The notes below the pieces were generated by a model that ran no database searches, was not told the origin of the DNA, and was given only the letters and a program-made list of their open reading frames with translations. Below are positions 26,943 through 38,133 of a stretch of 64,000 nucleotides of DNA, piece after piece; position 1 is the stretch's first letter; each line of letters starts with the position of its first letter. A program made the translations under genes and the position numbers. This DNA comes from Patellaria atrata CBS 101060. Lineage: Eukaryota. The DNA lies in assembly GCA_010093705.1 (NCBI GenBank), contig MU006098.1, positions 417,981 to 481,980 of the forward strand, given 5' to 3'.

Positions 26943-27453
26943 CCAGACGTCCTATATAGTCCAGATATTCTGTATAGTTCAGATATCTATTACAGTCGGG
27001 AGATTCTGTACGATTTGGATATTGTACAGTTCAGATATCCAGTATGGTATACCTATCTAGTGGTGTACGCCCATCGAGCGCGGTGCAGACATTCTGTACA
27101 GGTTAGACGTTCTGTACGGTTTGGATGTCCAGTATGGTCATCCAATCTGCACAGGTCAGACATGCGGTACAGGTTAGCCGATCTATACAGTGTAAATACC
27201 TAGTACGGTTTATCTAGTACGGTTTGTCTAGTACGGTTTGTCTAGTACGGTTTGTCTAGTACAGTACACCCGTCGGCTCTAGTACAGTCTAGACATTCTA
27301 ATAGGTTATAACGTTTTGTACATTTCAGACAATCTCTACAGTTCCAGCATTCCGCACAGTTTAGGTATCTAGTATAATTCAGATATTCAAGATATTTCAG
27401 AAATTCCGCACGGTTCTGGGCATTCAGCACACTTTAGACGTTCTGTACGGTTT
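26943..27453. repeat. Degenerate ~18-bp minisatellite (consensus about TCAGACATTCTGTACAGT) with an embedded near-perfect 14-bp tandem array (CTAGTACGGTTTGT x4.5, 27200-27265)
   Basis: Units read by eye include ccagatattctgtatagt, tcagatatctattacagt, gcagacattctgtacagg, ttagacgttctgtacggt and tcagacaatctctacagt. The 20-mer TTAGACGTTCTGTACGGTTT is identical at 27103 and 27434. Confidence 0.8.
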
Positions 27454-30400
27454 ATACACCATCACCTGTAGCAAAGTACGCTACGAGAACGACTCCACCC
27501 CAATAGCCTTAAAAAAGCGGAAGGAGCGTACATTTTCTTAATAGTATTTTGTCAAACTTATCACTGATGCTATCTGAATTAGTTACACACCCAATGTCAG
27601 ATATACCTCCACCGCTGGGAATGTTGTACTGCACAAAGCCCCAGGCCAGGCTATCTTCACTAATCCACGTGCGTGTAGAACCGAGAATCCCATACCGAGT
27701 GGGCGTGTCTCGGGTATATATTCTATAGGAACAGTAGCACTCCCTACGCATCTTAGCTGATGAGAGGAGACCGTTGTGGGATTTGTGGGAGTTAGAATGC
27801 CAGGTAACTTAAGCCACGGAAGAGGCGAAGGAGTATATGCGGGGTACGGTTACGTGCCTCCTGACGTGCATGATAAGTAGGTTTAGAGGTAGAGGGCTGG
27901 TGTACTCACGGGATCTGATATTTGCCACTGAGGCGATGTGGTGGAAGGGAAATTTGGTGACGAGATCTGGGGTGCAAAGGGATCAGGTCAATATAATGCT
28001 GTTGTGAGCTCGAAATAGATAAGATGAATGAGAAATGAGTGTATGAAATGGGTTTGAAAGATTTTGTAGCTTTGTGTATTGGTATTACTGCAGAATATCG
28101 GAGGTCCCGCTGTCATCATTCTCTTTCCACATGTGAAGTAAATCCAGGTCGGAAAGCAGGGGTTCTAGAAGTACTACCTATGATCGCTACCACGATCTAA
28201 ACCAACGACAGGGAGAGACGTGTCGAGCAAGATATGGCGACCATTGCCGCTATCAACCGGTAGACATACTCTTTATATTGAGTGTACCGTACTTCGAGAA
28301 AGTCAGGAGCTCGGACTGACCGATGGTTACACAAGTCTCATATGTTTCAAAAACATTTCGCGGTGATTATGCTCCAAGTTATCAATATGCATGATAGTTC
28401 GCAGGTCTCGAGGCTGACGATCGTGCCATATCTGATATCTGATCCGACCATGTCGTCGCTTTGTGGGGGATCGTAGCTGGGTATGCGATAGGCCGTGTTA
28501 TCGTGCATGAAAGGGAATTACGGTAGAGCCGAATGTTGAAGTGCTGGAGAAAGATGTGTACTGATGATTAATTGTGCTGAAACGCTTTGAGGTGGACATA
28601 AAATCGCATTAAAGGCCCAGTCATGCTGGAATAGGAAGCTCGGATGTTGGGGGCGCGGCGTCAGCGAGGTGTCACAGACCAGATATGCACGTCAGAATGT
28701 AATGACCAACAGAAATAATTCTTTGAAGGAAGAGAGGGGAGAGACCCAATGATGTGAAATAGATTTCATGCGATGCTTGGTTCTACCCTCACAGTCCTCT
28801 CGTAGTTAAAGCAGTACAGATGTCATAAGGAAGCACGTAGGAAGCACGTGATTAAGTTGCAAGGAACTATATTGACTGCAGATTCCAGACTAATAGTTGA
28901 GAAAAATTGAGACATTACAAGGTGTTGTATTAATCTTTGAACAATAGTTTTTGGAGGAAAGTTTATGAGATTCAAAGTTCGCCTGATAAAGCTTCGACGG
29001 ATGTATTGATATCGAGCGATATTACTTACATTTTTCTTCTAAAATATTGAACTTTTATCATTGAATTGATAATAGGAAATGAGAGTTCAAACATTTTTCT
29101 TTTTACTGGGGAGAGATGATCATAAGAAGGTCCAAGTCCCGAATGTGCTAGCAAGTTGTAGACTTGTAGGAGTCTTTAGCTTACGCTTCAGTGTTTCTGA
29201 AGTTGACTGAAAACCACGCGTCATATGATAATATTGGATGCAAGAGGGTACGACACCTTGTAATTCGCCTCGAGGACTTTAAGAGCAGCATAAACCGACA
29301 ATGAGGCGTTGTGTTGATCGTTATGGCTTTGCTTCTATCCCTAGAAGAGCAGGTTATTGGGTATTGGCCGCGGAGGCTTTTATTCGATAGTGCTTGGAAT
29401 TCCTTGATTGGGGTGTGATGAGCAGTGAAAGGGTGACAGATGTGTCTCGTGCTCACTTTCGCGAGGTAGATGGGACTCTAATAGTATTGTTCGAGAAGCA
29501 ATCCCACGTAGAGCAAAGGTGGAGAGGTCAAAGGGTCGGGAGAAGAGAGTGAAGCCGCCGAAGTTTGCTTCAAGGTCGGCCCGGCTTGGGTTGCCCCTGA
29601 ACATCAGCCTGAATAGCCGACGTTGCACACAATGTCGCCTCTTCAACGTCCTCTCTACTTTCTCCATGCAACCTTATAATGCCATTGACCTTCTATACTC
29701 AAACCACCCAAAAATCCTGTCGAACACTGAATTGACTTGCGTAATCTGGATCTACCGATCCTCCCGCGATCTGATCTTGCTACCTAGAAGTCTTGATCCT
29801 TAGGTTGTTGCATCCTCGGTAGGACTAAGAGACAGTAGGTAAAGTACAAAGACCGAATTTGCATGTGCAGATCACGAAACATCGTTACTCCACCAAAGAA
29901 CGCCTTCCGGCGGCCAATGAGTTCTAGCATACTATAGATTCGGCGTACTACCTGCATCAGGAAATTATATCGTATAGATCCAAAGTACCCCTGGCTGTTA
30001 TGGAGAATCCCTACCATAATCCCCGAGAGACTCCCGTCAACATCAATACTGTTTTCTCTTTTCATGCTTTCCCTGAAAGTCATCAGCAAAAGTAAACTTC
30101 ATGTTCAGGCGAATTCCACCCCGTTTCATTGGTTCATTAAGCTCGGGTTCAACGTTCAGCGCTCTTAGACGCGAGGTCCAAGGGAGGCAGAATATCAATG
30201 GCATCGATGGAACGTGTATACATCGGTGCCCTATACCTAACACGTATAATTCTCCTACCATGCATCTGTTAAACCATTTCCTTCCCACCCCAAGAATGAT
30301 ACAGAAAAATGCCTAGTTCTATATCCAGGAACCATATACTTCCCACGCCGCGGGCTGTCAAGCCATGAGACTCGTGGCAATTAGTTCAAGATGGCGTTAA

Positions 30401-30609
30401 ATTCTCATACAACGCCCAGGTTCAAGTACTTCTGGTGATCAAGTTGACAGCATGATCCTTGGTATTCACGGTTCTGCTGTTTATATCTGTTACGACCCAC
30501 TTGTGCGGGTCCTTGTAAGATCCTTTGCATTTCGTCCCGTTTAACTGAGGGCTCTTTCCTTCACTTTAGTACATTTCTGTTTCTCAATTTCTGACGCTCT
30601 GAAGTTACC

Positions 30610-32084
30610 ATGCCTGGTGGCCTTCATCCACCAGCAGAGGTCGTTACCTCCTGGCCGAAGCTAAATGCCATTGATCCTGAGAGAAAGAATTGGTCTTTAG
30701 TGATACATACAATAGTTCTTTTCACTATCACCCTGTTCGTGGTCTGCGCTCGGTTTTGGGCAAGGTGCAAAGTACAACGCAATGCCGGACTTGACGATGC
30801 CCTGATAGCAGTGGCCATGGTAAGCACTGAATTGGTCTCTGTACATTCGAAAGAAACTCACCGGACAGGTACCTTTATTAGGACTCGCTATATCTACTTG
30901 TCTCAGTGAGTAGATGCCCCTGATTGAGCTATAAGCATCTAACCGCTGCTTAGGTTCCCGCTACTATGGCTTCGATAGACATATATGGGATCTCACAGTT
31001 TCGCAAGCTAGCGAGAGTCGTCGGGTAAATGACAATTGACTCTAGCACGATATACTGTACTAACTAATTACAGGCTGTCATGGCCATGGAAGTCTTCTAC
31101 ATACTGACTACTGGCCCAATTAAAATATCTATTCTGTGCTTCTATCGCCGCCTATCCACAGGAACTATCTCAACGAAATTCATTTGGACTGTTTGGCTTA
31201 GTATAGCGTCTGTCATTGGCTACATGGTTGCTTTCATGATCGCGTTATTCGCGACCTGCAGACCGATCGATGCTTACTGGAACTTTATGGATCCAGCCTG
31301 GACCAGCAAGCACGAATATACCTGTGCGGACGAAGCAGCCATACTCTTCAGCGCCGTCATCATCAGCATGATACAGGACATCATCACCTGCGTCCTCCCG
31401 ATCTGGTTTGTCTGGAATCTCCAACTAGCGAAACGACAAAAGATCGCCGTCGCAGGTATATTCCTAGTTGGGTTCCTGTAAGTCAAACTATCTCAACTCA
31501 ACCTATCCACACCCATTCATCCTAACTCTCACAGAACTTGCATCGCCGGCGCACTCCGCATGTACTACATTCACCGCGTCTACTACGAAACCTACGACAT
31601 CACCTGGGCGGCCGAGGAAGGCTGGCTCTGGACGATGATCGAGTCCCACCTCGGCATCATCTGCGCCTCGGCGCCCGCGCTGAAGATCTTCTTCGCCCGC
31701 GTCCTCAAAGTCGCTTCCAACGGCAGCAGTTTCGGCACCCGCTACATGCGCTCCTTCAACGACCGCGACCGCGACCGCAACCCGGAACGGGGAACTTACA
31801 CCGCCGAGATCAGTCGCGCGTGCAGCGACGCTGGAGTCAAGCGCTCGCGGTCGCGACTACGGTCGAAACCGAAGGCGGACGAGGAGAACCAGGTCGGGAT
31901 TAAGGTATCCCGCGGACTGGAGATCAGGGTCGAAAGCGGCGATGGGTATTCGGAACAGACGAGCACTTCTAGGAGTAGTATCGAGTTCATCACCGTTCCA
32001 CTGGATCAGGACCAACCGCCCCTTCCCTGCCGCTCTCAGTACTACGTCCCCTTGAAAATAAAGGAACGGGAGGGTTGGCGTTGA
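30610..32084 (+). CDS. PTH11-like (fungal rhodopsin-domain) integral membrane protein; exons 30610-30819, 30869-30905, 30954-31024, 31074-31477, 31535-32084
   Basis: Family motifs MPGGLHPP..V..SWP, VCARFWAR...GLDDALI, YGFDRHIWD, PIKISILCFYRRL, CRPIDAYW, QDIITCVLP...LQLAKRQKIAV and WTMIESHLGIICASAPALK. All four introns keep the frame. Confidence 0.9.
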
Positions 32085-32460
32085 GTTTGCGGGTGCGGTT
32101 TTCCTTTACTTTTCTAAGATACCCCCTTTCCATTGTCCTTTCGAGAGAACATTATACACCACTCCGTAAAGGCGGAGTTGACTCCAAGGCCTGGACATCC
32201 AAATAGGGAAGGCTCAAGGCAGCAGCGCCGCGCAAAGAGGCATCGCACGCTCCTTTACCTTCCCAACTCTCCCAGTTTGGCTGAGGAGACGGGATGCTAA
32301 TGAGATACTGAGGCGCAAGCGGAGTTCTATGCATCTCAATTAGAGTAAGGGGGTGCCGTGATAATTCGATTACAGGTATAGCACTAGCATACTGAATATC
32401 GCATCAATCTTTTCCCCTTTCTAATAATATCCCACCGCTACTTCTTCGCGAACACTCTAC

Positions 32461-34394
32461 TTACTTCCCCCTCGTACTCTCAACAACCCACCCCTCCGCC
32501 TTCTCAAAGCCCTTCAACGCCTCCCCGTACCTCTCGAAAACGCCCTCCCTATATCCATCTGTAATCCTCTTCACAAAAGCACTCTCATCCCACCTCTCAC
32601 TGATAAAGTCCTCAAATCCCTTCCCCTCTCTCTCAACGCCCCAAACAGCCTTATACGCCGCGCCCAACGCACACGCATTCCCTCCTATATCTAACTTGAA
32701 GACTCCTTCAGCACCACCTAGTACTTGCCCGCAAAGGTCCGCAATGGCGTGGTTCGCGGACCCGCCCCCCACGAGGTAAATACGGCGTGGTTGAGCAGGG
32801 ATGGATTTTCCGGCCGCCGTAACCTGCGGACTCACGAGGGCGAGAGCCCGCAGACGGAGAGAGAGGAACTGGGACTCGAGGATCGCACGAGCGTCCGTTT
32901 CGGGCAGTGGCCAGGATGCAGAGTTGTCGTCTGTGATCGGGGTGAGAGCGTTCTTGGAAGCATCGTAGAGGAAGCGCCATGTGCCTGACGGGACGTTCGG
33001 GACGATCTCTGGGCGGGGAAAGAAGAGGCCGAGGCGCATTGGGTCGGTTTCGAAAGATTGTGCGAGAGGTGGTGTGCTCAGTGCTGTTTCGTTGAATTTG
33101 TCCCAGGAGCCGGAGGGGCCTTTGAGCGCGTCTCGGATGTGCTCGCGGGCTAGACCGCCGTTTTTGTAGCAGAGCATGAACATGTAGAGGTCGGAGTGGG
33201 CGGGGTGATTCATGAAGTGGTATGCGGGATCGGGTTTGTACTGGGGTGTGGACATGAGGAAGGTCGTTGAGGTTCCGAGGGAGACGATAGCATCGGAAGC
33301 ACGGAGAGGAAGAGCTAGGATTGTGGAGGGATTGTCGCCCGTCATGGGTATCACTTCACATTGGGTTGAAAAATTATACTTCTTCACGAAGTAGGAACAC
33401 ACTGTTCCAAAGCTTGCACCACCATCTTGAGCGACTGGCCCCAGCTTGGTCTTGAGTTCTTCAGCTCCCCCTTCGCCAGCCGCGAGGGAAATGAGAGCTT
33501 CATTCCAACAGCATTTCTTGGTGTCCCACAAGTTCATACCACCAACATCAGAGATATCAATGGATGCTACCCGACCAAGGAAAATAGATGCTAGGAATGA
33601 TGAGACGAGGGATATCCGTGAAGTAGCTTTATACGCATCGGGATGATTTTGGCGAAAGCGGAAAATTTGGGGGCCACTGAATCTCTATCATAGTAATAAG
33701 TGGTCAACGCCTTGTTTTATATGATATACTTCGTTGTGGAGGTATGCTTACATGATGTGCACTGCTTCCCGTAGCATCTGCTAAAGCTTGAGGGCCACCC
33801 AGCTTAGAATCAAACTCATCACACTGAGTTTGGGTGCTGTGATCCTGCCAATTGGGACTAAAAGGATGACTGAACGCTCCTCCAGCACCCTCTGCTCCTT
33901 GAGGTGCTAGTTGAGCGAGCAGTGTCTGATCCTCCTTCAGATTTCCTAGGAGATCGTCCGCCTCTCGACTCCAGAAAACTGTCCCATGCTGCATGCCTGC
34001 ACCACTTACGCCCTTTACCCGCGAGAAGTCAAGTCCATTCTCTTTTAGTCTCTGAAGTACAAGATCGATCGCCTCAAGCCATAAAGCAACGGGGGCAAAA
34101 ATCTCGCCCTCGGATGGGTTGGTGAGGACTCCTTTGTGGATACCATACTTGGAGAAATCAGCATCGAAGTCGACTTTGGCTTCGTGAGCCAGTTTAAGGT
34201 TGGAAAGGACAGCAATTCCTATGAGATAATTAGCACCATCACTTGCTAAGAGCCTAATAAAAAAAATAAACAGCATACCTTTCAGTTGCTGTGTGGATAA
34301 ACTCGGTGAAGGTTAGCGATGTCTTCCAACTGGCATCCTCAAAGTAATGGGTTTCTTACTCAAAACCGAGATATATAGGACCCGAGTCAGCCAT
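32461..34394 (-). CDS. XKS1: D-xylulose kinase (FGGY family); exons 34394-34360, 34301-34279, 34218-33752, 33684-32461
   Basis: Spliced N-terminus [76 protein letters not shown] and [10 protein letters not shown]. Confidence 0.95.
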
Positions 34395-35142
34395 GGTCTT
34401 GATGCAGTGGGTGGAATATCCAGTTGAATATGTGAATGGAATTCTTAGAATGCAAAGATCGTGACATGAAGAAATACTGAGAATAAGAAAATGAGTTTTT
34501 GCTATTGGCGGGGCTTTCGATGGTATAGCTCTACATCGTACAGTACAACGAGGGGTAAAGTTAGGAGTTTAACTTAGCAGTGATGATGACGATGTAGCCG
34601 CCCCGGTTAAACTTGTACTCCTTTTCACACATTTAACCGGACAATTTTTATGAGAATATATCGCTCCTCGTCCCAATCATTCCCTTTTTGGAAGGAGATA
34701 ACCGAAGGAAAAGATGATAGAAAAGTGGGATTCTAGACTGTATGTGAAGGTTATTGCAGAGGACGCGGGAGCAAAGTTCGATAGCCTTAGTTTGATGGGT
34801 TCAAGGTGATGTTGTGGTACACGGATTCACGACGAGTTAACGTGAAATGAGCTGGGAAGAAATTGTGCGTGTCCAATGAAAAATATGTACTTGATGATAA
34901 ACGGTCCCCCTATATGTTAGGCCTAAAGGACGCCAGTGCATCAAAAGAGTACATATACAGCAAGTACATGTCTCCAGCCGAACGAATAATTGGTACAAGT
35001 ATGGATATAAAATCATCCAAACCTAAAAAAGGTGTCCAGATGCGCCGGTTATCGAGAAACGCCGCCAACCACCGTGAAAAAAAAGAATCTCTGATAACAC
35101 CGGTGGAATGCTCTTTAACCATACAATATTCTTCCTTACCGT

Positions 35143-36728
35143 CTATCTCCTTTTGGTGACACCATTGGAAATGGGACTATGCGCATGATTATGGTCATGG
35201 CCGTTTCTATGATCTTGTTCATGCTCGTGTTCGTCTTCGGGCTCGGGACTTGACCTCGGACTCACATCAGGACCAATGAATTCATCGTTAAAGTCGCTGT
35301 CGGTTTCCCGAGGGACGAAGCGTACGCGAACTCGTTTGACACCGCGGACTTTAGTTCCCAAGTTTTCTCGAAGAAGTTCTTCCACTTCCCGGGTTTGGTC
35401 TAGGTTCCAGTTGTGCGGTACGGCGACTTCAAGATCCATAAGATAGTTTTGCCCGGATTTTACACCCTGAACGCGTCGTATTTCAATCAATTCAGGCAGG
35501 CTGGATCCTCTCAGAGCTTTGTTCGCAGTACGAGTAACATTTTGCCTCATCTCTTCATCGACGCCAACGTCAGCTAGCTCTAGTAACGCAGCTTTGGTAT
35601 TTCCCCATCCAGCTTGTATAACCATCAGAGAGATGACAAGGCCTCCGACGGGATCGAGCCATGCCGCGTTTGACAGATAATTCGAACCACCAATCATGAG
35701 CAAAGCGACGAAAGCAGTGAGAGAATCGACACGATGGTGATACGCGTTTGAGGCAAGAACAGAAGATTTGCGTTCCTTAGCAACTTTCAAGGCTGCATGA
35801 TGATTAGCCGCCGTCACTAGGAGTCGGAGAATGTCCACATACTTGCTCTATAAAGCCATTCCTTGATGATGATACTCCCACCAGCGAGCCAAGCGGCATT
35901 AATATTGGGCCCTAGCTCAATGTGACTATGACTGTGACTGTGCCCATGGCCATGATCATGAACAAGACCCCACTGCGCCGCTGCTTCGACCCAATCAGGA
36001 AAGAATTGTTGCGCAATTGCTGCTAGCGCCGTCCATCCCATCATGAACCCTCCCGTGAGAAGTAGTCCACTGACACCTAACGAGCCGAGAGATTCGACTT
36101 TACCATAACCGCTTGGAAACCTGGATGTAGGACCCTTAAGTGACCAAGAGACCGTAGCTAGAGTCATGATGTCGGAAACAAGGTCGGTTAGGGAGTGAAT
36201 CGCATCCGCAGTAAGCGCTGATTGATGTCAGTTAGCATTCACGAAGAGCCTTTCCAGAGCTTTAGGGTTCGTGCGACCTTTGCTGTTGAAGACGTATCCG
36301 CCGAAACCTTTCCCAATGGCCATACCCAGGTTGACGTACAAGCCAATTCTAGTAATCCTGACCCCGGCATCATTCTTGTTCTTCGAAACTAAGTAGGTAT
36401 TGTCGTGGTTATGGTGGTGATGATGGCCTGCATGACCCCTTTTCTGCGTCGTGGAAGTCATTATGGCTGGAACAGAAGAGCGAGATCGAGAAATAAACGA
36501 GGTCCAGTTAATTGGTATTATGGAAGGCGCAACTGTTACGGTGTGTAGTTTTGCGCTAGTAAGGAGCACACGACATTGATGTTTAAGTCGCGAGGAAGTG
36601 AGGACACGGTAGGGCGGAGAGCAAGAAGTTGGGGCGGTCGTTTGTGGACAGATTGTAATCAACCAGGGGGATGGTTTGGAACATATGGATGCGATAGAGT
36701 GCAAGCCATTGTGACTTTGCCGTATCAT
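35143..36728 (-). CDS. Mitochondrial cation diffusion facilitator (MMT1/MMT2-like metal transporter); exons 36728-36278, 36217-35843, 35792-35143
   Basis: Presequence-like N-terminus and His-rich tracts. Motifs RITRIGLYVNLGMAIGK, ALTADAIHSLTDLVSD, FPSGYGKVESLGSLGVS, NAYHHRVDSLT and WLDPVGGL. Confidence 0.9.
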
Positions 36729-37429
36729 GAAGATTCACTTTGGAAAAATTCAGTTTTGATTTCCTCGAAATTGGAGATGATGCAGTTATAGAAAATGATG
36801 CACTGATGCCATGCCGAGCTTCTTTTTCTTCCTACACATGCGACTTCCTGAACAGTCATGGCGGCATTAACGTACGAAAGAGGTAGGTTCCGCTCCGATT
36901 ACCTTAGCGAAGCTAGGGGATCACGGGGGTTACGGTTTGGTGTTAGTTCGCATTTACAAACTTCTTAAGCCGTATATTTTAAAAAGTTCCTTTATTTTAT
37001 TGGGTATAAGTAGGTATAGTTTATGATTAATAAATATTACACTGCTACCTACAACCGAGGATATTTTATAGGCAGTATCGATACCTCCCGTTTTCATTTG
37101 GGATGCTTCCCCGTAAAGTATTGTATAGTAAAGAGTCTAATGGAAGGTAGTAGACACTAGGTACGTCGAAACTCTAAAAGTATGGGCGAAATACTTTAGT
37201 TCTAATGTAACTCTTCGGACTGCAAAAGGTGTTCGCTCTATCATATCTTGTCAATGTCTCATACCCTCGGGCTTTTCCGTATACTATCTCGCGCTCCGAT
37301 ATCAAATTATTATGCGGGTATGGAAGAGGTAGAAATAAACAGACATTCCTCATATTATGCCTAATATTACAGCCAGTCCTTGGTCCACAGGTTCTCCCAT
37401 GCAGCTCCTGACGCCATGCACAATGTGAT

Positions 37430-37823
37430 TTATGATATTTTCTTCGCCTTAGCCTTCAAAGCCTTCTTCCGATTACTCCTGATCATCACAACGCTCAAGA
37501 AGCTTCCCACGACTGCTGAACCGAGAAGGATGAGGATGACGGGGATACGTATCGCCCAAACGCGAGGTAGAAACAAGGATTGGAGGGGATGGTCTTCATC
37601 CACAAATGGCTACATGTTGCGTAAGCATTGCTCGCAAAATTATCACGACAATTGAGGGATTTGCCGATGGTCTCTAAAATACGTACCATGAGGAGTGTCC
37701 ATATAGTATAGTAAAGAAAGACCACGCTCGCTACTACGAGCATTGCGAGCCCGACGAGCTGATCGAGCTGAGGAAATCATTAGCATGTATATACACTCAT
37801 ATGGAATAAAATCATCTAACCAT
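37430..37823 (-). CDS. DPM2: Dolichol-phosphate mannosyltransferase regulatory subunit DPM2; coding exons 37823-37821 (ATG only), 37767-37687, 37609-37430
   Basis: Spliced product MLDQLVGLAMLVVASVVFLYYTIWTLLMPFVDEDHPLQSLFLPRVWAIRIPVILILLGSAVVGSFLSVVMIRSNRKKALKAKAKKIS matches the two-TM DPM2 pattern. Confidence 0.9.
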
Positions 37824-38133
37824 GATGTTTTATCTGCTAAAGGAATGTCTTCAAAAATCACTTGAGAGGATTCACTCCTGTTCAGTCGGGAGACCAAAAG
37901 TTCTAGTATAGGAGGTAGTGCGGATCAAAGTTTTGCCGAGTACTTTCAACTTCCTTTCGAGCTTCTTGACATGTGCATTCCCTACTAAACACTTTTTTAT
38001 ATCATCTTGCATCCACACATCAACCAAAGTGGACAAATCGCCCACAAAGTTGTGGTTTCGATATTTGTTGAAGACGTCTTGCAGCAGAGGCGCGAGCATC
38101 TCCTATCCAACGACTAGCCAGACCTTCAACACG
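37824..38133. promoter_or_regulatory. Probable compact bidirectional promoter shared by DPM2 and CWC22
   Basis: The divergent start codons are only about 310 bp apart (37823 on minus, 38134 on plus). Confidence 0.5.

Noticed and set aside
26943..27453. CRISPR-like array
   Set aside because: The context is eukaryotic, the units are contiguous degenerate tandem copies without unique spacers, and no cas genes are present.
27509..30316. Cluster of 60-100 aa ORFs upstream of the PTH11-like gene
   Set aside because: No coherent spliced model or protein family could be built. A decayed gene is possible but unsupported.
37918..38133. N-terminal extension of CWC22 from the ORF-track start
   Set aside because: The start is non-ATG and runs through the DPM2/CWC22 promoter. 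The ATG at 38134 is preferred.
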